Shown: positions 12,860-23,559 of the stretch, one piece after another | Layout of the letters: each line of letters begins with the position of its first letter | Position numbering within the stretch: position 1 is the first letter of the stretch | DNA from: Podospora anserina | Taxonomy: Eukaryota | Reading direction: 5' to 3' | Assembly (NCBI GenBank): GCA_017654855.1 | Contig: CM030334.1 | Location: 2,728,001 to 2,792,000, forward strand | Length of the DNA stretch: 64,000 bases | Position numbers and translations under genes: made by a program | The notes under the pieces: generated by a model | The model's database searches: none | The model's input: only the letters and a program-made list of their open reading frames with translations | What the model was told of the DNA's origin: nothing

Positions 12860-13914
12860 TCACCTCCCCTTCCCACTCCCCTCAAAACAACCCCCCCTAT
12901 TCCCCGCAAAAGCAGGACAAGGCGCCCCCCCGTCCCCCCCTCTAAACCCCCCCAACAACCAATCCGTCAACCCCACCACCTTAGCCCCCACCCCCCTCTC
13001 CCACTGCCCCCCCTGCTCAACATGCTCGATAGTATGACTGATTATCCTCCCCTCCGTGTCAAAATCAAAAATAAACAACCCGGTAAACTCTTTGCCACTA
13101 CCCACCCCCTGCGCCGTCCCCACCGGGGCTTTATATTCCGTGTCTACCCCCCCTTGCTTCCCTCCGTCATCTTTCTCCCAAGGCAACCACCCATTCTTCT
13201 CCCCCTTTGCCTTTCCCAACTTTTGCTTCCCCCCCGTGGTCCTCCACCTAACAATCAGCTGCTCCCCAAAAGCATCCTTCGGTCTCGTCTGTCGGAACGC
13301 GGGGGAGGAGTAGTGAGGGTCTTTGATCATTCGTTCCGAAAGGATTTCCAAGCGGACGTTGCCGACGAGGGGGAGGCGGTTCCATGCTATTGGTGACGAC
13401 AAGAGGGCGGCGATGTAGGAGATTCGGCCTGAGACGGCGGGGAGGTGGGGGTGGGTGGAGGGGAAGAGGTGCAGGGTTATGGAGGGGGAGAGGATCTCTT
13501 GGGGGAGGGGAGAGAGGAGGATGGTGGGGAGGTGGGATTGGAGGGTTCTTAGGGCTGGGAGGGGACAATGTTAGTATGAACTGGGGGAACAAAAGGGGGA
13601 GAGGAAGGGGGAAGTGGCTCACTTTTGCCGAGCTTGACTTTGCGGTCTTTGTCTGGGGGTTTTTGGTCCGGGTCTGCGGAGGAGGGGAAGGATAGCGGGG
13701 GGTGGGAGTGGAAGTTCACTGCGGGTTGGGCCGGTACTGTTGTTGAAAGGGGGCGAGGTTGGTGTGGTAGTTGGGATGGTGGTTGTGGTTGTGGTTGTGG
13801 TGGTGAGGTTGAGGGTTGCTGGAGCTGTCTACCGGTTGTGGGAGCTGCGGGAGCTGTCCATGGTGTTGATGCGCATGTTGATCGCAGAGCTCGAGCTCTT
13901 GATGGTGTAGACAT
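12860..13914 (-). CDS. Conserved fungal protein, probably MMU163/Mug163-like (NTF2-like fold, likely mitochondrial); exons 13914-13623, 13554-12860
   Basis: Intron 13555-13622 (GTGAGC...ACTAAC...CAG) gives PPDKDRKVKLGKTLRTLQSHLPTILLSPLPQEILSPSITLHLFPSTHPHLP...; C-terminal FTGLFIFDFDTEGRIISHTIE. Family name from recall only. Confidence 0.65.
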
Positions 13915-15027
13915 TGACGGTTGGATATGGCAGAGTGATATTATAGTCCTCGATCGGTGAGTGCTGCTGGCGGCGTAAAGTATAGAAGACGGATTGTGCC
14001 GGGATGGTGGTGCTTGTCGGAATGATGTCAGTGTCCGAATTTCTTTTGCGGCGCTGGCGATGAACGGCTGTCGGCGCTACACTCCATTGCCATGTGGTCC
14101 TGGCGCTGTGCTCGGAGCGGGGCTCCCGGATAAGACGATAAGTGAGAGATGCAACATGTCATGTCTGAGAGATAATCTTTTTGTAGACCTTAAGAAATAA
14201 ATTGGAATCATGGAAGTCTCACAGGACGCTCTTTGGCCTCTGTATCACATCTATGTAGAGGCAGAACAGAATGGCTTGTGTGCTTTGTGATGTGGCTCAA
14301 ACGCACTGATGGTGCCATCCGAGACATACAACGGCACGCCCCAAGAAGCCAGCATCTCGTCCCGCTGGCCATGTGGAAAGTCAGTCGACGGCAAGCTCGG
14401 TAAAGATGCGCTGGAAACCATAGAAAAAAGAGCAACTCCTGACCGGGCGGAATATTTTGGGTTCTGGCAGCTGATGACGATATCAGTCAGGCGGCAACCA
14501 TCTGGGAAGGTCCCGCTGTCTAAGACTTAATTAGAGACAGGCCAGAAAGACAGCCCACTTGACGGTGGCACAGAACTGTAACTTTCTTCCAGAAAATATT
14601 TATTTGAAAAGATACAAGCCCCCAGTTTATGTTCGTTCCACCAACACCTCCTCGTCTTGCTCATCGCCTTGCTCATTCCGCCGTCTTTGCTCGCGATCAA
14701 CAGTTGATAGGTACGCATGATACAGTGGTGTCGAGTACACCGCCCAGCCGATAAGCATCACGTGAGCCGCCCCCTAGTAGGCCCCTGCGTTTTGTCTCCA
14801 GCGGTCCAATCAAGTTGGGTCCACCCCCAGTTGTTCTGACGCCCTGACGCAGCCTTTCCAAGAGACGCCGACCGACCTGCTGCCTTCTACACATCATCAA
14901 CCTTCTCTCAACTGCTGTCGGCGCGAACCGTACCCCGAGCCCCTCCATCATCACCATTACCACCACCACCACCGTCGAGCCGACTCCTCATCCTGATATC
15001 CACCCATCGCTATCACCGCTGCCCACC

Positions 15028-16033
15028 ATGAATCCCGAGTAGTGAGTCGAGCCCAAGCCACCGACCCCTGCCGTCTGCCGCCCTCTTGTCGCTTTGTTTG
15101 CCTGCTAACCACCGCCTCTGTCAGAGTGTCTCTCCCACGACTGTCTTACTGGCCACGCCCCTGCAGTTCTACGGCCAGTCCCTTGCGTACAGCCCCTTCT
15201 AACGTCACACCAGATACGACTATCTCTTCAAGCTCCTCCTCATCGGAGACTCCGGTGTCGGAAAGTCTTGCTTGCTCTTGCGGTTCGCCGACGACACCTA
15301 CACCGAGTCCTACATCTCCACGATCGGCGTTGACTTCGTATGCGTTCCCAAAAACAACCGAAACCCCACCAGCAGCGGCTAACCCGTATACAGAAAATCC
15401 GGACGATCGAACTCGACGGGAAGACCGTGAAGCTCCAGATTGTATGCCCCGGAAGAGAAAGATAGGCAACAGCAGCACCGGCTAACTCGAAAGCTACAGT
15501 GGGATACTGCCGGCCAAGAACGCTTCCGCACAATCACATCCTCATACTACCGTGGCGCGCACGGCATCTGCGTCGTCTACGATGTTACCGATATGGACAG
15601 CTTCAACAACGTGAAGCAATGGCTCCAAGAAATCGACAGGTACGCCACCGAGGGCGTTAACAAGCTCCTGGTTGGCAACAAGAGCGATATGGCGGATAAG
15701 AAGGTGGTTGATTACCAAGTCGCAAAGGTAAGGCTCACATTTCCCCGCAACTGTCGGGATCACATGCCTCGGGACCTTGTTGGCCCCCGCAGCAACAAGG
15801 TGTGCATCGTGCTGACCCGTGGCGTTTTGTAGGAATTTGCCGACAGCTTGGGCATCCCATTCCTCGAGACATCAGCAAAGAACGCCAGCAACGTCGAGCA
15901 GGCTTTCTTGACCATGGCTCGCCAGATCAAGGAGCGCATGGGCAGCAGCATTGCCACCAACAACACCAAGGCGAACGTCAACGTGTCGCCTGGACAGGGT
16001 GTCTCCAACAACCAGTCCGGTGGCTGTTGCTAA
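15028..16033 (+). CDS. ypt1: Rab1/Ypt1 small GTPase; exons 15028-15038, 15214-15337, 15394-15441, 15500-15727, 15833-16033
   Basis: Spliced product [22 protein letters not shown]...YISTIGVDF...[20 protein letters not shown]...NKSD...ETSAK...GGCC; introns 2-4 are canonical. Confidence 0.97.
15039..15213 (+). other. Putative [D3,4] spliceosomal twin intron (inner intron 15042-15124; outer intron 15039-15041 + 15125-15213)
   Basis: GA|GTA[GTGAGT...GCTAAC...TCAG]AGT...TTCTAAC...CAG|ATAC; excising the inner intron creates GTAAGT. Confidence 0.75.
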
Positions 16034-17119
16034 ACGATAATTTTGTCTCCTTAGCGTTGTGCGCCGTTGTTGTTTCTGGGGCGTTGGGACGGTTTTCTTG
16101 CATCGGATGGGCCGGATATGGTTAGATCTGCGGGAGCCGTGTGTGAGGGAAGGTTTTCTGTCTGTCTGTCTGTCTGTCTACCTACTCCGTGTGGAATCTA
16201 TGCCGGGCTGTTGTTGGTTGGGCAAGTTACGCTTCTTAGGAAGTGGTTTGGAATTCGCCATGGGAAGCTACGCGGCTCTTTTTGGCTGGACTTCAGGTAT
16301 GACTCCTAGACAGCCGCAGAGGAGAACGCCAGCATGAAAATGGCAAAGGACATACCACAAGGGGGTTAATAACTCTTTGGCACGGCCCAGAAGGCGCACA
16401 GCAGGACGGGAAAGGGGTGGGCGGACCCAAACAGGAACAGTACTGAATAGGGAGGTTTGCGGTTGGGCCTTTTTTTCTTCTTTTAATTTCCTTTGATGTC
16501 GTGTTTCTGCCATTGCTACTACCTACTACAGCTCTTTTTATGTGCGTCAGGTCCTGTCTGTGTCTGTGTTTTGTTGATTTGAGTTTGGGCATAACAAGGG
16601 TTCATTACATGGCTAGGTTTTGTCTAAGTAATACGGAACTCTGGCTTATCCATGTGATTTGTGTGTGTGTGTGAATGTGACCGCAGGTATTGTTTTGCTC
16701 CTGCGGCTTATTGAGATGCAATACTCGTGTTGTGCTCTTTCAACCGATGACGAGCTTTGAGAAGACTGAAGAACAGTAAAGACAATGAGGAAATCGGTAC
16801 ACAAGAAAAATAATTGTCACCGGTTTTAGCCTTCTAACCAAATGCTCACTGGAACGAAACACTCGATACTGCATTTACGAACACAGTTCAAAGACTTCTT
16901 GGATACCAACTGAACCCTAGAGAAACGCTGCTATATAAACTCCTTAAAAAATGGAAGAACTCCTTCTTGATAAACATTCGCAAATCCTCCAGCGACAATG
17001 CGTCCAAAATCATATCTTCATAAACCAGTTCCAAACTATACCCAAAACGCTTCATGAAATTTCAGAAAAGTAAGCAAAAGAAAACACCTCGCTCCTGCTT
17101 TTTGGGTATCACTTCCTGT

Positions 17120-17268
<149 letters not shown>

Positions 17269-17571
17269 TAGATCATGTCGTTGCTTGATAGTCGCCTTCT
17301 TCTGCGTCTTCGCCCGCAACCCTAACAAGGTGCGGATGTCATGTTTGGTGGTTGTTGTTTACTTTTTGTGTTGTTGGTTCTTTGGGCTCCTTTCGCTTGA
17401 TATAAGAGTGGTGTTTGTGGTGTGGTATAAGTTACGAGCGGTGTTGTGTTTTTGTGTGAATCCGACGGAAGCCAGTGTGAAGTGGTTCATTGGTGGGGAC
17501 CGGTCGCTTTCCGTTTCATGACCCGGTGCATGCTGTGGTCTCATTCTGTAAATTGTTGACCATGGCCGCTC

Positions 17572-17769
17572 TCACTTCTGGGATGAGCTGCTGAGGAGTG
17601 GTGTGCTCGAGGCTATGCTGGAGATGCTCGTTTTCCTCTTGAGCTTGTTGAGGAGGGAGCTGCTGGTGCTGCCGTAGGGTGATCTTGGTTGTTGTTGTTG
17701 GGGCTGGGTTTGTGGTGGGGAGTAGTGGTGGCCTAGGCCGTTGAAGCAGCGGGAGCAGGGGCAGCTCAT
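17572..17769 (-). CDS. Putative 65-aa small protein
   Basis: AAAATG start, TATATAA on the - strand at 17942-17948, CA-rich leader; sequence MSCPCSRCFNGLGHHY...LLNKLKRK... Confidence 0.4.
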   Translation of the reverse strand: MSCPCSRCFNGLGHHYSPPQTQPQQQQPRSPYGSTSSSLLNKLKRKTSISSIASSTPLLSSSSQK

Positions 17770-19582
17770 TTTCGAGTTGGTGTTCCTTGTATCTTCCTTG
17801 AGTGAGGAGTGGGTGGTGAAGGTGTGGTGTGGTGTTGAGGAACGGTGTTCTTGGTGTTCTTGAAACTTTGAGAGACTTTCTGATAGTCTGAGAAGCGTAT
17901 AATGGAAGGATAAAACAACAAATAAGACGATTTCACCCAAGTTATATAGTTCTTCGAAAAGACCTGAAAAGATGAGTCCTGCGCTCAGGCCAAGGGTTAA
18001 ACGTGGCACAGTGACTAACACCTCCAGGGTTGTAGGTGCATCCGTGACTAACACCAGTCCCTGTCTTCCTCTTGGCACACTGGATCTCGAGGTGGATAAC
18101 AAGTCCGTGTAAGTGATGAAGCCCTTTGCCACTTTTTCCCGAATGTCGAAGAGAAAAGAGAAACCGAACTCCGAAAAAGAAGGGAGGGATATGAGGGGAA
18201 GATATATAAGAGGACAGAATTCATCCCATGCAGGTCCAGCCGTGCGTGTGTGAGCGTGTGTGTGTGTGTGTGTGTGTCCAAGCACATGCAGCACACCCCA
18301 AATCAAATCCCGCCCAACCCAACTCCAAACCAACCCTCCTCCATTTGGCGACATCCCGAGTGTCGCCCGCATCTTTGGACTTCTTGCCAAGAAAGGCAAA
18401 GTCATTCGACTAACACTCACCACCCACCCCATCCACATCTAGCCACAGCAGTTACCTATCAGTCGCCCATCAGTACCCAATGACAAGTCTTGTTATATAT
18501 CGAAGCTGGTATCAAATCCACAGTAAGATTTGTTACATAAGTCCTAGTTATCTTATCGATATCATCATTTCTATCTACAACACCATCAAATTCACCATCT
18601 CCGCCATCGTGAACATCAACCCCCCCTTCAACCTCTTGCGTGAATTTACAACACCAAAAATCCCCCCCCCTCACCCCTCCCCTCTCCCTCAAAAGCTTGG
18701 AACTCACCATTCCGCCCGACCGGTCCAGCGGTGAATGGCCTGACAAAAAGCCCCCAAACCCAAGAAATCTCACCATCCTACCTTGAACAAGAAAGTTACC
18801 CCAAGTTTTTATTTTCCCCGCATTTTCACCTCAACCACCAGCCCCCTCATCCCAACGAGACGGACAAAACCACCCGTCTTTCCTCAAGTGAGGGGAGTCC
18901 TTTTACCAATTTACCCCGGATTCTAGAGCGCTCTCGACCCATTGGCATCCCACGTCCCCGCGTCCTGTGAAGCGCCTCGGCCGCAGTTAATATCGATATC
19001 TCGTTGGTAGTATCCAAATCAGCAGAAAGATCTAGACCGAATTCTCTCAAATTGGGACGGCAAAAAAGATCCCCCCCCCAGTGTCAGATGGGAAAATGTG
19101 GCATGTCTGTTGGTCGTTATCTGTCGATCATATAACATCAGCTATGCCCCCCCTCCAAAGACATGGCATGCCTTACATCCAATCATTCCCACCCCAGTCA
19201 CACAGGCATCTCTCAACAGCATATGTACACAGCCAAAAATGAACGACAACGAAAAATACCATTTGTAGGTAACTCTATGCCATTCCCTTCCACACCAGAC
19301 CCCCCTTTGCCCCTCCCCAACCCAATGTGCAAAAGCAGGTCATGCAAATTACCACTTCTTCTCCCACTCCCTCAAAAAAAAAAAAAAGAGAACGCTCTGA
19401 ACACAAAATGGTGTGGTTAACACATACTTTGCAAAAAAAGACGAACAACAAAATACAAGTGTGGCCTGGTCCCCTTTGAAAACCAACCGTCGACCCCCCT
19501 TTCCATTCCCATCCAGTCTATTTGAATCAACCCTTTAGGAACCGAGCTAGGAACCGCCTAGTGTTTAGGATATATACATACT

Positions 19583-21154
19583 TTAGATACCAAGAGTGAA
19601 CTCAACGCCGACATCGATGTCACGAGCTGTAAAACCAACATGTCAGTTGATGTTTTGGCAAATTCAAAGAGCAAGAGAAACATACCCATCTTGACAACCT
19701 TGCTGAGCTGCACCGCCTTCTCGGCAGCGTTCTGCAAGTCATCGATAGAGAAAATCTTCATGCCCGAGTCGTTGATCAGACGGTGGGCCTCCTCCATGTT
19801 GGTACCCTGCAGACGGGCAATGATGGGGATCTTGAGGTCGAGCGACTTGACAGTGTTGATCAGACCGTGAGCAATGGCGTCGCAGCGGACGATACCGCCA
19901 AAGATGTTGACGAAAATGGCAGTGACCTTGGGGTCGCTGGTGATGAGCTCGAAAGCCTCCTTGATGGCGGCGGGGGTAGCACCACCACCGACGTCGAGGA
20001 AGTTGGCGGGCTGGCCGCCATTGAGCTTGATGATATCCATGGTGGCCATGGCAAGGCCGGCGCCGTTGACAAGGCAGCCGATGTCACCGTCGAGCTTGAT
20101 GAAGTTGAGACCGGACTCGGCGGCGCGCACCTCATCGGCGTCCTCCTGGGTGGTGTCGCGCCACTCGAAGGCCTCCTTCTGGCGGAACTCGGCGTTGTCG
20201 TCAAAGTTGAACTTGGCGTCCATGCACATGACCTTGTGGTCCGAAGTCTCGGAGAGGGGGTTGATCTCGATCTGGGTGGCGTCCTTCTCGAGGAAGATCT
20301 TGTAGAGGTTCTGGATGGTCTTGACGGCATCGTCAACGCACTGCTCGCTGAAGCCGAGCTTGACGGCGATGTCGCGGGCCATCTCGTCCGTCACACCGAC
20401 GTTGATGTCGATGTAGGTGGTGTTGATAGCATCGGGGTTCTCCTTGGCGACACCCTCAATGTCCATGCCGCCCTGCGACGAGGACACGATGACGGGGCCC
20501 TGGGAGCCACGGTCCATGAGGACGGCGAGGTAGAACTCGCGGCGGGCGAACTTGCGCTCGCAGATGTAGACGGAGTTGCAGAGACGGCCCTGAGCACCGG
20601 TCTGCTTGGTGATGAGCTTGTGACCGATCATCTGCTCGGCGAACATCTTGGCCTCGGTGGGGGAGTAGATGACACGAACACCGCCCTTCAGGCCGTTATC
20701 AAAGGTACCCTTGCCACGACCACCGGCGAGGACCTGGGCCTTGATGACCATGTCGTCGCTGCCGATCGACTTCGCGACAGCCTCAGCCTCGGCGGCAGAC
20801 TTGGCGACGGCGCCCTTGGGGACATCGATGCCATACTATTCGACCGAGATCAGCGGGATGATTCTTCTCTCCTGCGATGAGGGACCAATTCGAGGGGTCC
20901 ACTCTTTGCTATGTCTCACCTGTTTGAGGAGGTCGGCCGAGATGTATTCGTGGATGCTGAGCGCTCTCCTTTGTTGTTGAGCGAAGCTGGGAAGTCTGGG
21001 GGCGGGGGAAGTCTGTGAAGAAGCGGGCAGAGACAGATCAGTTTCAGGTTCACCGTCTTCACCGTTTGCGCTGCTGGATCTATTTGGCGCAACGACATAC
21101 CTTGGGGGCAGCAAAGGCCGAGGCCAATGCGCGGTTGCGACCGAGTCTGAACAT
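19583..21154 (-). CDS. LSC2: Succinyl-CoA ligase beta subunit, mitochondrial; exons 21154-21101, 21012-20920, 20835-19686, 19626-19583
   Basis: Arg/Ala-rich presequence, [66 protein letters not shown]; three canonical introns. Confidence 0.97.
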
Positions 21155-22382
21155 GATGTGTGGTTGTGGGTGTGTGGAGGAGGAGGAGGAGGAGGAGGGG
21201 AGATGTGCTTCGGTAGGAAAGGCAGCGAAGCGTTGTGATGGGTTTATGTCGATGATAAAAGTCGACGTTGGTCAATTTGGGGACCCTGTATTCACTTTTC
21301 GAAATGACGCTCCAAGGGGGGCAGAGCCAACCAACAGACGGCGGGCTGGGCAGCCAAGAACAGGTTGCTGGGAGCTGCACCTGGTCTGCGATAGGTCCGG
21401 GAATAACCGAACCAATGGCTGGCTGCTGACCGCCGCCTGAGCTGCCGAGAGGTTGAGCCGACACCTGCCAGACCCGCTGTGGCCGGCCCGTGCCCGATCT
21501 AGATTTTCGGCGTACGGAGACGCGAGGCGGGAGTCGACTTCCGCCGCTTCGATATATAAATAGGTATGCTATCTCGTAAGGCATTGATTTGCCTGCAGTT
21601 GATATCCCAAACCACTCGCGAGCATCGCGGTGTGGTATACAGACGATACCTTCCCATACCAGAAAGCTATGAGATGAACCATAACCAATGACATCAGCGC
21701 CCTGAACTTGAAGAACGGTCCCCGGACCAGATGGAAGCTCCCCACACCTGTCACTTTCCCCGTGGAGAGCGATGGACGCCGGTACTGAATCATGGCATTT
21801 GAGAATCCCGGTTTCATTCCCATGATCTGCCACCAAGGATCATACTAGTTTCCCTTGTCAAACCATTTCGGTTTTCACGTCACATGAGAGCCGGGTGAAA
21901 ACAGATGTCATTGAAGGCAGGATGAGGCTTTAGCCGCAAGTCATCATGAGTCTCCAATTTAGTTTTGATGTGCTCTATTTACATGGTCAGCAGTGATGTG
22001 AAATAGGCTTCTCAACATACCTGGAAAAGAACAGTCTATTCCCACTGAGAATGTATCGTTGAGAAAACCATCTATAAATTCAATACCTGCATATCTATAG
22101 CTCCAACCACTGCATTCCTCGCAAGGCTATGCACCTACCGCAGCCCGCCTTAATCCCACCTTCCACCCCACCACCAATCAAACCCTCCCCAGCGATAAGC
22201 CAAAAATAATTTCCGATAACAGCTCACCTTGAACACCTTGATGAGCTTTCGTCAATCGCATATTCACATCCATCATTTCACATCCACCATCTCACCATCA
22301 CCAACCTCACTGTCACCAACCTCATCAACAAACCCACATTCACCCCTTCTTCTCCCCAAAAACACCCCCAAAACTCATCACC

Positions 22383-23162
22383 ATGTCCCAACCAGAACCC
22401 CCCCCTCAAGACCCAAAACTCCCCAAAGACAAATACACCTCCCTCCTCAACACCCTCTCCATCTCCATCTCAAAATCTCACTCCTCCATCCTCTCCTCCA
22501 TCTCCCACCACCGCAAAGCTCCCACAACCAAGTCCTCACTCTCCTCCACCTCCCGCCACCAACCCCCTCCCCAAAGCAACACCGACTCGGACCTATCTTA
22601 CATCCCCCCACCAAATCAAGGCATCGGCTTCTCCTCATCCAAACCCCTCCCCACAGCCCAACAGCTCGCAACTGACGACCTCAAGAAAAAACTCCTGGGG
22701 AAAAACGCCTTGCGACAAAAAGAGGAAGCAAAACGCAAGAAGGAAGAGAGCGAATCCGAGGATGAGGTCGGGAGGGGGGGGCTGGGACGCAAGACAAAGA
22801 GGGGGAGGGTAGCGGAGCCGGAACCGGCAGGGAGGAGGAAGAAGAAGGTCAGGGTTGAGGAGCCTAAGCCTGTCAGTACCGGTGAAGAAAAGGGTATTTC
22901 AGCTGCGGCTGTGGAGGGGAAGGAGGAGGGTGTAGAAGGAGATGTTCAGACGGAGGATGTGCTTGGGAACGACGAAAAAGAGGAGGAGGTAACACCACCG
23001 ACGATAAATGGAAAAGAAAAGGTGGACGGGGAGGACGGAGAGAAGAAAAGGAAAAGGAAAAAGAAAAAGAAGAATGAGAAAAAGAAGAGAAAGGCATCTA
23101 CGACAGAGGGGGGTGGTGATGGAGATGGGGCTGCTGTGGAGGGGGATGAGGAGGAGGACTGA
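22383..23162 (+). CDS. Lys/Glu-rich probable nuclear/nucleolar protein, DUF3245-like
   Basis: 259-aa ORF, CACCATG start; NQGIGF, DLKKKLLGK, SEDEVGRGGLG blocks; poly-basic tail KKRKRKKKKKNEKKKRK. Confidence 0.7.
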   Translation: MSQPEPPPQDPKLPKDKYTSLLNTLSISISKSHSSILSSISHHRKAPTTKSSLSSTSRHQPPPQSNTDSDLSYIPPPNQGIGFSSSKPLPTAQQLATDDLKKKLLGKNALRQKEEAKRKKEESESEDEVGRGGLGRKTKRGRVAEPEPAGRRKKKVRVEEPKPVSTGEEKGISAAAVEGKEEGVEGDVQTEDVLGNDEKEEEVTPPTINGKEKVDGEDGEKKRKRKKKKKNEKKKRKASTTEGGGDGDGAAVEGDEEED

Positions 23163-23559
23163 GTTATTCCTCGATGTCTAATGTGCCGTTGTACCAAGCT
23201 GCCTTGAGAACGGAGCTTGACCAGTTGTTGTAGTTCATACTTGACCGCTGCAAAAGCACCAGATTAACCAAGCTACAATTGCTGATATTGTCCCATTCAG
23301 GCCGCAGCCATCAGTTCTATGCTGCTCTGCTGCAAGCCGTTGGATGATAAAAGAAAAAACTCCGTCCACCCACTTGACAACTACTATGCATAATAACCCG
23401 CCTTTGCTATGTTATTCAGTTCTTTGGTAACCAGACCCCCTAACCCCCTCGAATATGCCCCCCTTTCCTCAATCCCTTTACAACAATGTGAACGTGTTTC
23501 TGAGTTACACCCTTAATACATATATCCTCCCCCCCCCTCCTCGAAGCCAAATGCCATGC

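Noticed and set aside
19783-20880. Long antisense ORFs over LSC2, gyp5 (23767-25578), RPC2 (49004-52564) and facC
   Set aside because: Explained by strong codon bias of the sense genes; no independent motifs.
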